Assembly (NCBI GenBank): GCA_041752695.1
Contig: JBGSVZ010000038.1
Span: forward strand, 96,001-160,000
Direction: 5' to 3'
Length of the DNA: 64,000 bases
DNA from: Terrimicrobiaceae bacterium
GTDB lineage: Bacteria > Verrucomicrobiota > Verrucomicrobiia > Chthoniobacterales > Terrimicrobiaceae
Shown: positions 10,515 to 19,335 of the stretch, piece after piece
Position numbering within the stretch: position 1 is the first letter of the stretch
How the letters are laid out: each line of letters begins with the position of its first letter
Notes under the pieces: model-generated
The model's database searches: none
Seen by the model: the letters and a program-made list of their open reading frames with translations, nothing else
Told to the model about the DNA's origin: nothing
Made by a program: the position numbers and the translations under genes

Positions 10515-10650
10515 TTGGGAAAGAAAAGGAAAATAACCAAAGCCGAGAATGACGCGAGAGACAATCCGCTGATCGAAGCGTTGCTGGAAAAATATGGGAG
10601 AAGCCGGGAGGCGATTCCTGGGGAGAACGGCCAATTGGCTGATCTACGCC
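10515..10650 (+). pseudogene. IS256-like transposase N-terminal remnant
   Basis: LIEALLEKYGRSREAIPGENGQLADL resembles IS256 N-termini (L..ILGE.GLL..L); truncated. Confidence 0.4.
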
Positions 10651-10896
10651 GTTGTGCCTTCGATCCCCCCGCGCGCCTGGGCAAATCCTTCACAGCTGGA
10701 GGTAGGCTCTCGTCACCATGTGGCGCGTCACCAAAAACAATGCCATCACGGAAGGCCTCTATAGAAAGATGAAACTCATTCAACGCCGTGCCTACGGCTT
10801 CAAAAACTTTTTCAACTACCGCTTGCGCGTCATTGCTCAGTGCGGCTAACCAAAAACCCAACAAATGACCTCATCCCCATTGTTCGGTGGAGAGCC
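10650..10896 (+). mobile_element. ISL3 family right-end remnant
   Basis: Frame reads MWRVTKNNAITEGLYRKMKLIQRRAYGFKNFFNYRLRVIAQCG* after an in-frame TAG; the element ends ...TTCGGTGGAGAGCC (10896), an ISL3-type terminus. Confidence 0.8.
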
Positions 10897-10929
10897 TCAT
10901 CCTCCCTCAACCGCCAATGCCGCAGGCAT

Positions 10930-11004
10930 TGGCTCCTGAGGTAGGATTCGAACCTACGACCAATCGGTTAACAGCCGACCGCTCTACCACTGAGCTACTC
11001 AGGA
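10930..11004 (-). tRNA. tRNA-Asn(GTT)
   Basis: Reverse complement TCCTGAGTAGCTCAGTGGTAGAGCGGTCGGCTGTTAACCGATTGGTCGTAGGTTCGAATCCTACCTCAGGAGCCA folds as a cloverleaf; CCA encoded; TTGACA upstream at 11046-11051. Confidence 0.97.
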
Positions 11005-11101
11005 TTCGTGGAAAGGGGGTAAAAGAAAGCGGGAATCCGGTGCGGTGTCAAGGGGCGTGAGGGGTGAATTTGCATTGGACATCGCGGGCGGCCGGAGTTG
11101 A

Positions 11102-12160
11102 ATGGCGGGAGTGTCTGTCTCTGCCCTGCATCCTGCCTCCTCTCCGTCCCTGGAGGATCGCGCGTGTTTTATCGCGGGTTCCGCAAAATCCGGCACCACT
11201 CTTCTCGTTTCTCTCTTTGATGGTCACGGCGAGCTTCTGGCCTTCCCGGAGGAGACGGCGTATTTTCCCACGGTTCGTCGCAAATATCTCAAGGCGGGCC
11301 GCGAGGCACAGATGCGGTATCTGATGGACCAGGCGGAGTCGCGTCTGCTTTTTGCCGCAGAATCCCAAAAAGGTAACCGCGACTACGGAAACTTTCCCCG
11401 CGAACGCTTTCGCAAGGATTTTGAAGCGGCCGTGAGAGATCCGGGCAACGCGGAGCGCGATCTCCTCGCCATCATGGTCGAATGTTACGCGCGCGTTCGG
11501 CAAATTCCCCTCGAAAGCGTGACCCGCTGGATCGAGAAAACCCCGGCGAATCGGTATTGCCTGCCCGATATCAGGACACGTTTTCCCAAGGCCCGCGTGC
11601 TCCTGACCCTGCGGGATCCGCGGGCCGTGCTGGCGGCGTATCTGCTGCGCAAGCGGCGCAAGGGCCAGCAGTTTTCGGTTTATGACTGCGTGAGCCACTG
11701 GCGTCAATCCGCGGAAGTCGCTCTTGCCGCGTCGCAAAATGCGGACTGGCTGAGGGTGGTGAAATTTGAAAACCTGGTGCGTCAGCCGGAGGTGGAAATG
11801 CGCGGGATCTGCGAGTTTCTTGGCGTGGCATTTGTGCCCTCGGTTCTCATCCCCACGAAGGCCGGCGAGCACTGGCGGGGAAACTCCGCTGTGAAAGAAA
11901 AATTTTCCGCGGTGGACACCGCGCCCGCCGATCGCTGGAAAACCTCGCTGCGGCCGGAAGAAATTGGTTGGGTGGAACTGCACTGCCGGGACTGGATGGC
12001 TGCCCTGGGATATGAGCCGGTGGGGACCTCCGGGAGTTTCAGGGACTGGGTGAGGAAGTTTCCCGAGGAATCGTGGAGCGACTTCCTGAAAGGGCGTCGG
12101 CACTCGCTGCGTGACCGCCTGGGCGGACGCTGGAAATTGGCCGGTGAGCGGACCGTTTGA
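11102..12160 (+). CDS. Sulfotransferase family protein
   Basis: PAPS-binding GSAKSGTTLL, WIEKTPAN, LRDPRAV, KFENLV motifs. Confidence 0.85.
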   Translation: MAGVSVSALHPASSPSLEDRACFIAGSAKSGTTLLVSLFDGHGELLAFPEETAYFPTVRRKYLKAGREAQMRYLMDQAESRLLFAAESQKGNRDYGNFPRERFRKDFEAAVRDPGNAERDLLAIMVECYARVRQIPLESVTRWIEKTPANRYCLPDIRTRFPKARVLLTLRDPRAVLAAYLLRKRRKGQQFSVYDCVSHWRQSAEVALAASQNADWLRVVKFENLVRQPEVEMRGICEFLGVAFVPSVLIPTKAGEHWRGNSAVKEKFSAVDTAPADRWKTSLRPEEIGWVELHCRDWMAALGYEPVGTSGSFRDWVRKFPEESWSDFLKGRRHSLRDRLGGRWKLAGERTV

Positions 12161-12177
12161 ACGCCAATCTGCGCACC

Positions 12178-13287
12178 ATGCGGATTCTCGTTTCCCCCGA
12201 TAAATTCAAGGGCTCGCTTTCGGCGGGCGCAGCCGCCCATGCGATCCGAACGGGATTGAAGCGCGTCTTCCCGGAAGCGACCTATGATCTCGCGCCCATT
12301 GCCGACGGAGGCGAAGGCACAGCGGAGATTTTTTGCGAAGTGCTGGGCGGGACCCGGGTGTCGGCGTCATCCCACGATCCTTTGGGGAGGCCCATCGAGG
12401 CGTCTTATGTCTGGTTCCCCGAAAAAAAACTGGCGCTTATTGAGATGAGTGAGGCGTCGGGTCTTTGGAGGCTGACGCAGGAAGAACTCGATCCTTTTCG
12501 CGCCTCGACATGGGGCACTGGCGAATTAATGGCCGACGCCATGGCGCGCGGGGCCACGACTCTCTACGTTGCTCTGGGGGGTAGCGCCACGAACGACGCC
12601 GGTCTCGGCATGGCCGGGGCGCTCGGGTGGAAATTTTTGGACTCCGGGGATAATGAACTTTCGGCTCTGCCGGTAAATTTTTCTGCGATTCGTCGTCTCG
12701 CGGCGCCGGCCGGATGGCCCGCCTGCAAAATCATCGCGCTCTGCGACGTGCAGAATCCTCTGCTGGGTCCCCAGGGTGCCACTCAGATGTTCGGCCCGCA
12801 AAAAGGGGCGGCTCCCGCCGTGGTTTCAGCGCTGGAGGACGCCCTCAGCCATGTGGCGGACCTGTGCCGGGATCAGCTGGGAAGAGACTTCCGCGCGGTG
12901 CCTGGAACCGGTGCCACCGGGGGCCTTGCGTTTGGTTTGATGACGTTTTGCGGGGGTGGCCTTCAGCCTGGGTTCAAAACCGTGGCTGACGTGCTGGATT
13001 TGAAAACCCGCGTGGCACGGGCCGATCTGGTCGTGACCGGCGAAGGCCGCTTGGATGCACAAACGGCGCACGGTAAGGGGCCGGCCGAGATCGCCCGGCT
13101 CGCCCGTTCCCACCGGGTCCCGGTCATTGCGCTGGCTGGTAAAGTTGAGGGCAGTCTGGCCGAGTTCGACGCCTGCCTCTCCATCGCGGACGGACCTTTG
13201 ACGCTTGATGAATGCCGCCTCCACGCGGCAGAGTTGCTGGAGGCGGCGGCGGAACGTGCTGCGCGCCTGCTGAAAATTTCCCTATGA
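12178..13287 (+). CDS. glxK: Glycerate kinase (GlxK/GarK family)
   Basis: PDKFKGSL, ADGGEGT, LGGSATNDAG, FGPQKGA, TGEGRLDAQT. Confidence 0.92.
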   Translation: MRILVSPDKFKGSLSAGAAAHAIRTGLKRVFPEATYDLAPIADGGEGTAEIFCEVLGGTRVSASSHDPLGRPIEASYVWFPEKKLALIEMSEASGLWRLTQEELDPFRASTWGTGELMADAMARGATTLYVALGGSATNDAGLGMAGALGWKFLDSGDNELSALPVNFSAIRRLAAPAGWPACKIIALCDVQNPLLGPQGATQMFGPQKGAAPAVVSALEDALSHVADLCRDQLGRDFRAVPGTGATGGLAFGLMTFCGGGLQPGFKTVADVLDLKTRVARADLVVTGEGRLDAQTAHGKGPAEIARLARSHRVPVIALAGKVEGSLAEFDACLSIADGPLTLDECRLHAAELLEAAAERAARLLKISL

Positions 13288-14216
13288 GTAAAAAAATCGC
13301 ATTATTGTTCGCCGGTCAGGGCGCCCAAGCCGTTGGCATGGGCAAGGACCTCGCCGCGGAATCGCCCGTCGCCGCCCAACTTTACCGCCAGGCCGATGAG
13401 ATCCTCGGCTATTCGCTCTCCCAAATATCCTTCGATGGCCCCGCCGAGGAACTCACCAAGACGGCCGTCTGCCAGCCTGCTCTCTATGTGCATGGACTGG
13501 CCTGTCTCGCTGCGCTCCAAGCCAAGCATCCCGCATTCGAGTTCCACGCTGCGGCCGGACTTTCTCTGGGCGAATTCACTGCGCATGCCGCGGCGGGAAC
13601 GTTTGATTTTGAAACCGGCCTGCGTCTTGTCGCCAAGCGGGCTAATGCCATGCAAAAAGCCTGCGACGAAACCGAAGGCGGCATGGCGGCCATCATCGGC
13701 GGGGAAGAAAATCGCATCCGCGACCTAGCCGCGGCCGCCGAGGTGGACGTGGCCAATCTCAACAGCCCCGGCCAGATCGTGCTCTCCGGGGGTGCCTCCA
13801 AAATCGCGCTCGCCGTTTCCTTAGCCCGGGAGTACGGCGCGCGCAAGGCCGTCGAACTTCAAGTCGCGGGAGCCTTTCACTCACGCCTGATGGAAAGCGC
13901 GTACCTCACGCTTCAGGAGGCGCTTGAAGCCACCCCGATGGCGGAACCTCGCGTGCCGGTGGTGTGTAACGTGGACGCCCAATCCGTCAGCGCGCCCGAA
14001 GTCATCCGCCGCTCCCTCGCTGATCAAGTGACCGGGAGCGTCCGCTGGACGGAAAGCGTCGAATATTTGATCGATCATTTGCATTGCACCGACTTCCTCG
14101 AACTTGGGCCGGGCGGGGTGCTGGCGGGCCTCGTCGGACGCATCCGGAAGGGAACGCCAGTGGTCACAATCTCGAACGCGGCTAGCCTGCAGGACGCAGG
14201 ATCAGCCCTAGGTTAA
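13284..14216 (+). CDS. fabD: Malonyl CoA-ACP transacylase
   Basis: FAGQGAQ, GLSLGEF, ANLNSPGQIV, GAFHS, ELGPG. Confidence 0.95.
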   Translation: MSKKIALLFAGQGAQAVGMGKDLAAESPVAAQLYRQADEILGYSLSQISFDGPAEELTKTAVCQPALYVHGLACLAALQAKHPAFEFHAAAGLSLGEFTAHAAAGTFDFETGLRLVAKRANAMQKACDETEGGMAAIIGGEENRIRDLAAAAEVDVANLNSPGQIVLSGGASKIALAVSLAREYGARKAVELQVAGAFHSRLMESAYLTLQEALEATPMAEPRVPVVCNVDAQSVSAPEVIRRSLADQVTGSVRWTESVEYLIDHLHCTDFLELGPGGVLAGLVGRIRKGTPVVTISNAASLQDAGSALG

Positions 14217-14217
14217 A

Positions 14218-16989
14218 TCATAGCCACTTTTTGATCTGTTCCGCAAAGCGGTTGTAGATAAACCCGAGCGCGAGCAGGACCAAGGCCAAGCCGATGATTC
14301 CGAGGATGCCGGCGAATTGTCCCATCTTCCAGACATCCACAAAAAACACGTGGCCGACCGCTACGGCGAGAATGAGCAGTCCCATCAGCCGGTAAACCCG
14401 CTCGCGCAGGAGAAATCCTGTTCCGAGCGCGGCAAAGGCCAGGAGCGCCCAGACGATGGTGGGGGCAATGCCGCTTGGGCTCTCCCAGGCCCAGCGCGAA
14501 GATTCATACCAAAGACCCAGCAAAGCGGCCACGGCCAGCGCGCCCTGAACCTCGGTCGGAAACAACCCGGTTCCCGCGAGCAGTTTTTTGCCCGCTTGAT
14601 GGAGCCCCAGCAATAACACCAAAGCCAGAAAATCGCTGCCAGAACCCGAGCTTTGGCTGGCGACGGTTATCACATAACAAACAATTCCCACACCTGTCAG
14701 CACCGCGGCGTGGATCAGGTATTCGTGATTTTTTCGCAGTGCCGCCGGAATGAAAACCAGGAGGCCTGCCAGGGTGAAAATAAGGAAGCGCGTCGAGTCC
14801 GGAAGATAGGCCAACAACCACGCCACCGAGAGAAGCAGGAGGATGGCGCGGTAACCCAAAAGCAGCGGCCTGAGTGTTGGTCGCCCGCGCTCGGGAACAC
14901 CCCAACCCGCTGCCGCCTGCACCGCCACCACAGCGATCGTCCCGAGCGTGAGCTGCCACGGGGCATCCCCCCAAATCAGCGCGCGGAAACACCAGCCGAC
15001 CGCTCCGAACGTGAAGAGTTGGCTCAGCACCGCAAGAAACCAGGCCCGCGTGACGAGCCCGTAGATCAAGACACCCAGCCCTGCCAGAGCCAGTGGCAAC
15101 ATTTCGGAGTCTCCGGTTAAATCCGGTGAGAGCCAAAGAGCCAGCACGCCGCAGGAAATCAGCGCATCCACGCCCTGCAACACCTGTCCGACGGAAGGTG
15201 CAAACAGCGTCTGCCGTTGCCACCAATGCATGAGCAGGAGTGCCACCGCCATCACTGGCAGCGCGTTGCTCCAGCCCAGGCCCTCATTCATCATCGCTGG
15301 AAGGAGCGCCAGTGCCGCCGCGGCCAGAAAGGTCTGCACGCCCACGGCAATCTCCGGCAAACGATGGAGGCGCAGCGCCACCGTGCCCACGACGGCCACG
15401 CCGAGCAGAACCCAGATGAGGGTGTTCCCGTCGAAACGATTTTCCAGGGTCACTCCGAGGAGAATCAATCCGGCCCACCCGTACCCGGCTGCGCCCCAGG
15501 TCCATTGCAGTTTAACCAGTGCGCCACGCAGATGCTTCAACAGAGCAGCGTTCCCCACCAGCAGCGCCGAAACAAACGCCCCGACCAACCAGGCCCGATC
15601 CCGCAGCCCTCCAAAATCCTCCAGCACGAGGCAAAACGCTCCGAAGGACGTGAGGCCGGACGCAATCCGGAAAAGCTGCTGATGCCGGAACTGACTGAGG
15701 AACAACAGCGCCGTGCTCTCCACGCCCAGCACGATCGCCAGTTGATAGCCGGAGAAACGCGCAATCAGTCCAACGGTGAAAATGATCAGCCCCTGCGCCA
15801 GATATGCCCCGTCGAACCCAAAATCGTCGCGGCGCATCCTGCGGGCGATCGCGGAAAGAATCAGCAGGACCGTCCCAAAAAGTAGCGCAAAGATCCAAAA
15901 CTGCTCGGGATAGCGGGCGTGAAATGCGGGAGCGATGAGGGCGAAAAACGCGGCATTGTTTGCGGTGAGAAATGCCTCGCGATGGGCTTTTTGAAAGGCC
16001 CCCCCGCGGTGCAAAAATACCGCCACGGTAAAGATCACCCAATAGGCGGCCAGAAACCCGTGCGTGAACCAAAAATCTCTACCCGCTGCGTCCCCGGCCT
16101 GCCAGCGCCAGTAGGCGAAGCTGACATACGAACCCACCAGTCCCAACCACGACACCCCGAACCACCGGTGGCGTGCCAGGAGAAACACGGCGACGCCCGT
16201 CAGCACGATATTCGAAAACAGGGTGAAATTCGCCGCGGAGTTAATCGCCGAGGAATAGTAGGCGAGCAGAACTGCGGTGAAAGCGACAGTTTCGGATTTC
16301 CGTCGCTGGGCGAACCAGACCAACCCGCCCGCCAGCAGCAACAAGGCCGCGCCGCCGAGAAGCGGATTCTCGATGACGCGAAGCGGAGCGACGAAATGCG
16401 CGGCGTAAGTCGTATAATAAAGCGTCGCCGCGCCGCCGGCCATTAGCACCCGCGCATAATTGCGCATGGGCACCCTGCGCCGTTCCAGCCAGATCCCGAG
16501 CCAGGTCAACGCCCCGCCCGCCAGATAAAGCAGGGCCAGTTTTCCCGGAGCACCCAGCTTGGTGATAAAGTTTTGATAGGCCAGGTTCCCCAAGAGCACC
16601 AACCCGGTGAGCAAAACGAGAATGCCGATGCGCACCAGCCAGTATTGGCCGACCCGCATCTCCAGATTTTCCTCCGGCTTGGCCGGAATTGGCGGAGGAA
16701 CCGCGGGCTCTTGGACCGAGGGAAAAGATGGCTCTGCGCCTCCAGCCTCCACCTGCGGCATTGCGGAAAGATCAACCGGCAGCGGTGGCGGACGCATTCC
16801 CACGGGTCTGGCTGGCGCAACCTCTGCTGGCGTATCTACGGGAGACGGCGTGGCGGGGAGGGGAGGGGCATCCGTGTCCATCCGCGCGCGCAGGCCCATG
16901 ATCTGTTGATCGAGGCCCTCCAATCGACGACGCAGATCGGCCTGCACCATCTCTAGAGTGCGCAGGTCGGATTCCCATTCGTTTCTCAT
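14218..16989 (-). CDS. DUF2339-like multi-pass membrane protein
   Basis: Coiled-coil and Pro-rich N-terminus, LEMRVGQYWLVRIG, more than 20 hydrophobic segments. Confidence 0.8.
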   Translation of the reverse strand: MRNEWESDLRTLEMVQADLRRRLEGLDQQIMGLRARMDTDAPPLPATPSPVDTPAEVAPARPVGMRPPPLPVDLSAMPQVEAGGAEPSFPSVQEPAVPPPIPAKPEENLEMRVGQYWLVRIGILVLLTGLVLLGNLAYQNFITKLGAPGKLALLYLAGGALTWLGIWLERRRVPMRNYARVLMAGGAATLYYTTYAAHFVAPLRVIENPLLGGAALLLLAGGLVWFAQRRKSETVAFTAVLLAYYSSAINSAANFTLFSNIVLTGVAVFLLARHRWFGVSWLGLVGSYVSFAYWRWQAGDAAGRDFWFTHGFLAAYWVIFTVAVFLHRGGAFQKAHREAFLTANNAAFFALIAPAFHARYPEQFWIFALLFGTVLLILSAIARRMRRDDFGFDGAYLAQGLIIFTVGLIARFSGYQLAIVLGVESTALLFLSQFRHQQLFRIASGLTSFGAFCLVLEDFGGLRDRAWLVGAFVSALLVGNAALLKHLRGALVKLQWTWGAAGYGWAGLILLGVTLENRFDGNTLIWVLLGVAVVGTVALRLHRLPEIAVGVQTFLAAAALALLPAMMNEGLGWSNALPVMAVALLLMHWWQRQTLFAPSVGQVLQGVDALISCGVLALWLSPDLTGDSEMLPLALAGLGVLIYGLVTRAWFLAVLSQLFTFGAVGWCFRALIWGDAPWQLTLGTIAVVAVQAAAGWGVPERGRPTLRPLLLGYRAILLLLSVAWLLAYLPDSTRFLIFTLAGLLVFIPAALRKNHEYLIHAAVLTGVGIVCYVITVASQSSGSGSDFLALVLLLGLHQAGKKLLAGTGLFPTEVQGALAVAALLGLWYESSRWAWESPSGIAPTIVWALLAFAALGTGFLLRERVYRLMGLLILAVAVGHVFFVDVWKMGQFAGILGIIGLALVLLALGFIYNRFAEQIKKWL

Positions 16990-17071
16990 CCGCTCGAGAC
17001 TCTCCGTTTTTGGGCAAATCCCAAATCGAAAATCTTTCCTTCAACATCGAATTTCTCAATGAGGGGATCCC

Positions 17072-17149
17072 GTTGGAGTTCACGCTTCAGCGTGCGCCGC
17101 TCCTGCGGGAAGGCCTATCGGAGGCGCACGCTGAAGCGTGAACTCCAAC
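17072..17149. repeat. REP-like inverted repeat with perfect 27-bp arms
   Basis: GTTGGAGTTCACGCTTCAGCGTGCGCC (17072-17098) and its reverse complement (17123-17149); each arm is internally palindromic. Confidence 0.85.
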
Positions 17150-17209
17150 AGACCTGCCGCCCCCAGATACTCCTCTTGAACGAAATCCGATTTTCCGCGA
17201 GGTTCCGTC

Positions 17210-18148
17210 ATGGTTTCCGTCGCCACCGACATCGTCGAAGAGATCCTCGGCCTCAAAAAGAAGCGCAATGCCGTTATCCTCGCGCACAACTACCAATCCG
17301 GTCCCATCCAGGATTTGGCGGATTTTGTCGGCGATTCCCTTGGGCTCAGCTACAAGGCCGCCGAAACGGAGGCCGATGTCATCGCGTTTTGTGGCGTCCA
17401 CTTCATGGGCGAAACGGCCAAGATCGTGAACCCCGCAAAAACGGTCATCATTCCCGACATGGACGCCGGTTGCTCGCTCTCCGATTCCTGCCCGCCCGAA
17501 AAGCTCGCCGCCTTTCTCGCCGCGCACCCGGGAAAAAATTATTACGTCGTCGCCTACATCAATTGCAGTGCCGGCGTGAAGGCCCTGGCGGATGTCATTT
17601 GCACCAGCGGCAACGCGATGAAGATTGTCAATTCCGCTCCGCCCGACCGGGAAATTCTTTTTGTTCCCGACCAAAACCTCGGGGCCTGGGTGATGGAAAA
17701 GACCGGTCGAAAGATGGATCTCTGGCAGGGCAATTGTTACGTCCACGTCGAATTCACCCGCGCCAGCATCACGAAAATCCGGGAGGAATATCCTGGAGCA
17801 TTGGTGGTGGCTCATCCGGAATGCACCTACGCCGTCCGCCTCCTGTCCGACGAAGTCTGTTCCACGGAAAAGATGGTCACGTTCTGCAAGGACAGCCCGG
17901 CCGGGGCCTTTATCATCGTCACCGAGAGCGGCATGTTGCATCGGTTGAAAAAAGAAGTGCCGGGCAAAACTTTCATTCCCGGCCCCACCGACCTCTGCGC
18001 CTGCGCCGACTGCCGGTACATGAAAATGAACACTCTGGAAAAGTTGCGCGACTGCCTCGATTTCCTCGAACCGCAGATCCTGATTCCCGAGGACATCCGG
18101 GTGAAAGCTGAGCGCTCCGTGCGCCGGATGCTGGAATTGAGCCGCTGA
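17210..18148 (+). CDS. nadA: Quinolinate synthase A
   Basis: ILAHNYQ, VGDSL, FCGVHFMGE, AGCSL, YINCSA, CTSGNA, HPEC, C.YMKMNTL. Confidence 0.96.
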   Translation: MVSVATDIVEEILGLKKKRNAVILAHNYQSGPIQDLADFVGDSLGLSYKAAETEADVIAFCGVHFMGETAKIVNPAKTVIIPDMDAGCSLSDSCPPEKLAAFLAAHPGKNYYVVAYINCSAGVKALADVICTSGNAMKIVNSAPPDREILFVPDQNLGAWVMEKTGRKMDLWQGNCYVHVEFTRASITKIREEYPGALVVAHPECTYAVRLLSDEVCSTEKMVTFCKDSPAGAFIIVTESGMLHRLKKEVPGKTFIPGPTDLCACADCRYMKMNTLEKLRDCLDFLEPQILIPEDIRVKAERSVRRMLELSR

Positions 18149-18165
18149 GATCGTAGACCGGAGTC

Positions 18166-18537
18166 TTGAACGCCAAGGTCGCCCCGGCCAGCCGGACTCC
18201 TCGGAAGATTGCTTCTCTGGCGGCTCCTTGGTTTGTCTATCTGCTCAAGTGCTCGAACGGTTGCCTTTATACCGGTATTGCCACCGACGTGCAAAAGCGA
18301 CTGGCGGTTCATAATGCGGGCAAAGGTTCTGCCTACGTTCGTGCGCACCGCCCGGCCACACTGGTCGCGTTTACCCGCTGCGCCGACCGGTCGGCGGCCT
18401 CCGTTTTGGAATATGCCGTAAAGTCTCTGGCCAGATCGCAAAAACTGATCTTGGCCAAATCCTGGAAGGCCGCGCATCGGAACGTCCGAAAACCGAAGTC
18501 GGCGCCATCCCGTCGGAGCGGGGGCCCGAAGGATTGA
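18166..18537 (+). CDS. GIY-YIG nuclease family protein
   Basis: WFVYLLKCSNGCLYTGIATDVQKRLAVHNAGKGSAY. Confidence 0.85.
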   Translation: MNAKVAPASRTPRKIASLAAPWFVYLLKCSNGCLYTGIATDVQKRLAVHNAGKGSAYVRAHRPATLVAFTRCADRSAASVLEYAVKSLARSQKLILAKSWKAAHRNVRKPKSAPSRRSGGPKD

Positions 18538-18607
18538 ATCTTCTTGCCTCTGATTTCCCTCACGGCCTATATCTTGGCGTCTTGGTCAGCGGCCGATGGC
18601 AGTGTGA

Positions 18608-18648
18608 GGGGGTATAGCTCAGTTGGTAGAGCGTCTCGTTCGCAATGA
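18608..18648 (+). pseudogene. 5' half of host tRNA-Ala(CGC), broken by prophage insertion; includes the attL core at 18636-18648
   Basis: GGGGGTATAGCTCAGTTGGTAGAGCGTCTCGTTCGCAATGA followed by non-tRNA sequence. Joined to 57205-57236 it gives a complete 73-nt tRNA-Ala with G3:U70. Confidence 0.95.
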
Positions 18649-18665
18649 ATGTCCCGCCCCGGGAA

Positions 18666-18686
18666 TGTGGACAAAAACTGTGAACC
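18666..18686 (+). promoter_or_regulatory. Probable integrase arm-type sites (left end)
   Basis: TGTGGACAAAAACTGTGAACC; first 17 bp identical to 57042-57058 near attR. Confidence 0.7.
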
Positions 18687-18738
18687 ATCGGCTGTCCATA
18701 AAAAGGGTTGTGTCCAAAAATATCCGACACGCCCGCCC

Positions 18739-18767
18739 TTGACGGCCCGCCTTGGGGCTGTCATTTT
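18739..18767 (+). promoter_or_regulatory. Sigma70-type promoter for the phage tRNA-Ala
   Basis: TTGACG, 17 nt, CATTTT with an upstream TG; 14 nt before the tRNA. Confidence 0.6.
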
Positions 18768-18781
18768 GAAATCTCTTTCAA

Positions 18782-18854
18782 GGGGTTATAGCTCAGTTGG
18801 TAGAGCGTCCCGTTCGCAATGGGAAGGTCTGGGGTTCGAATCCCCATAGCTCCA
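18782..18854 (+). tRNA. Phage-encoded intact tRNA-Ala(CGC)
   Basis: GGGGTTATAGCTCAGTTGGTAGAGCGTCCCGTTCGCAATGGGAAGGTCTGGGGTTCGAATCCCCATAGCTCCA: full cloverleaf, G3:U70, A73, no encoded CCA. Confidence 0.95.
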
Positions 18855-19335
18855 CTTTCACCCCCCAAGTCGAGGCGACTGGCAAACGACCGAAACCACG
18901 GAGCAGAGCGGAGCGGTCCCGAGGTCGGCAGTAAACAGGGTGCCTGGGGTTTTCTGTCGAGCCGGGAGAAAGCGAGAGCGGAGCGGAGGGGTTGCGGTTG
19001 GGTGACTGTCGCCAGCCGGCGCCGGGGGATCACGGGAAAACACGGTGTTTGATTTTGGAGGCGGAGAGAGGGACGAACGGGAGACGGAAAAATTGAACAC
19101 GGTGTTTCCGGCAGAGGCTTCATTACGCGCAGCGGAGAGCGTGACCGGGTGCGAGGATACGCACGTCGACACCGAAGGTGCGCGGCTGAAAGCCGTCGAT
19201 TAGGATTCGTCCGGCAGGACCGAGCGTCCATTGGCGCGAAGCAAGGCCCGCGAGAATGGGCAACCTCGCAGCTCGTCGCAGCGGGCCGGGGGCTTCTTCC
19301 TTGACAATTCCCCGTGCCGGTCAAGCATCCCGGCT

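Noticed and set aside
18666..18720. TGTGGACAA as DnaA boxes / oriC
   Set aside because: One mismatch from the DnaA box, but the copies are few and placed at the two prophage ends; integrase arm sites explain them better.
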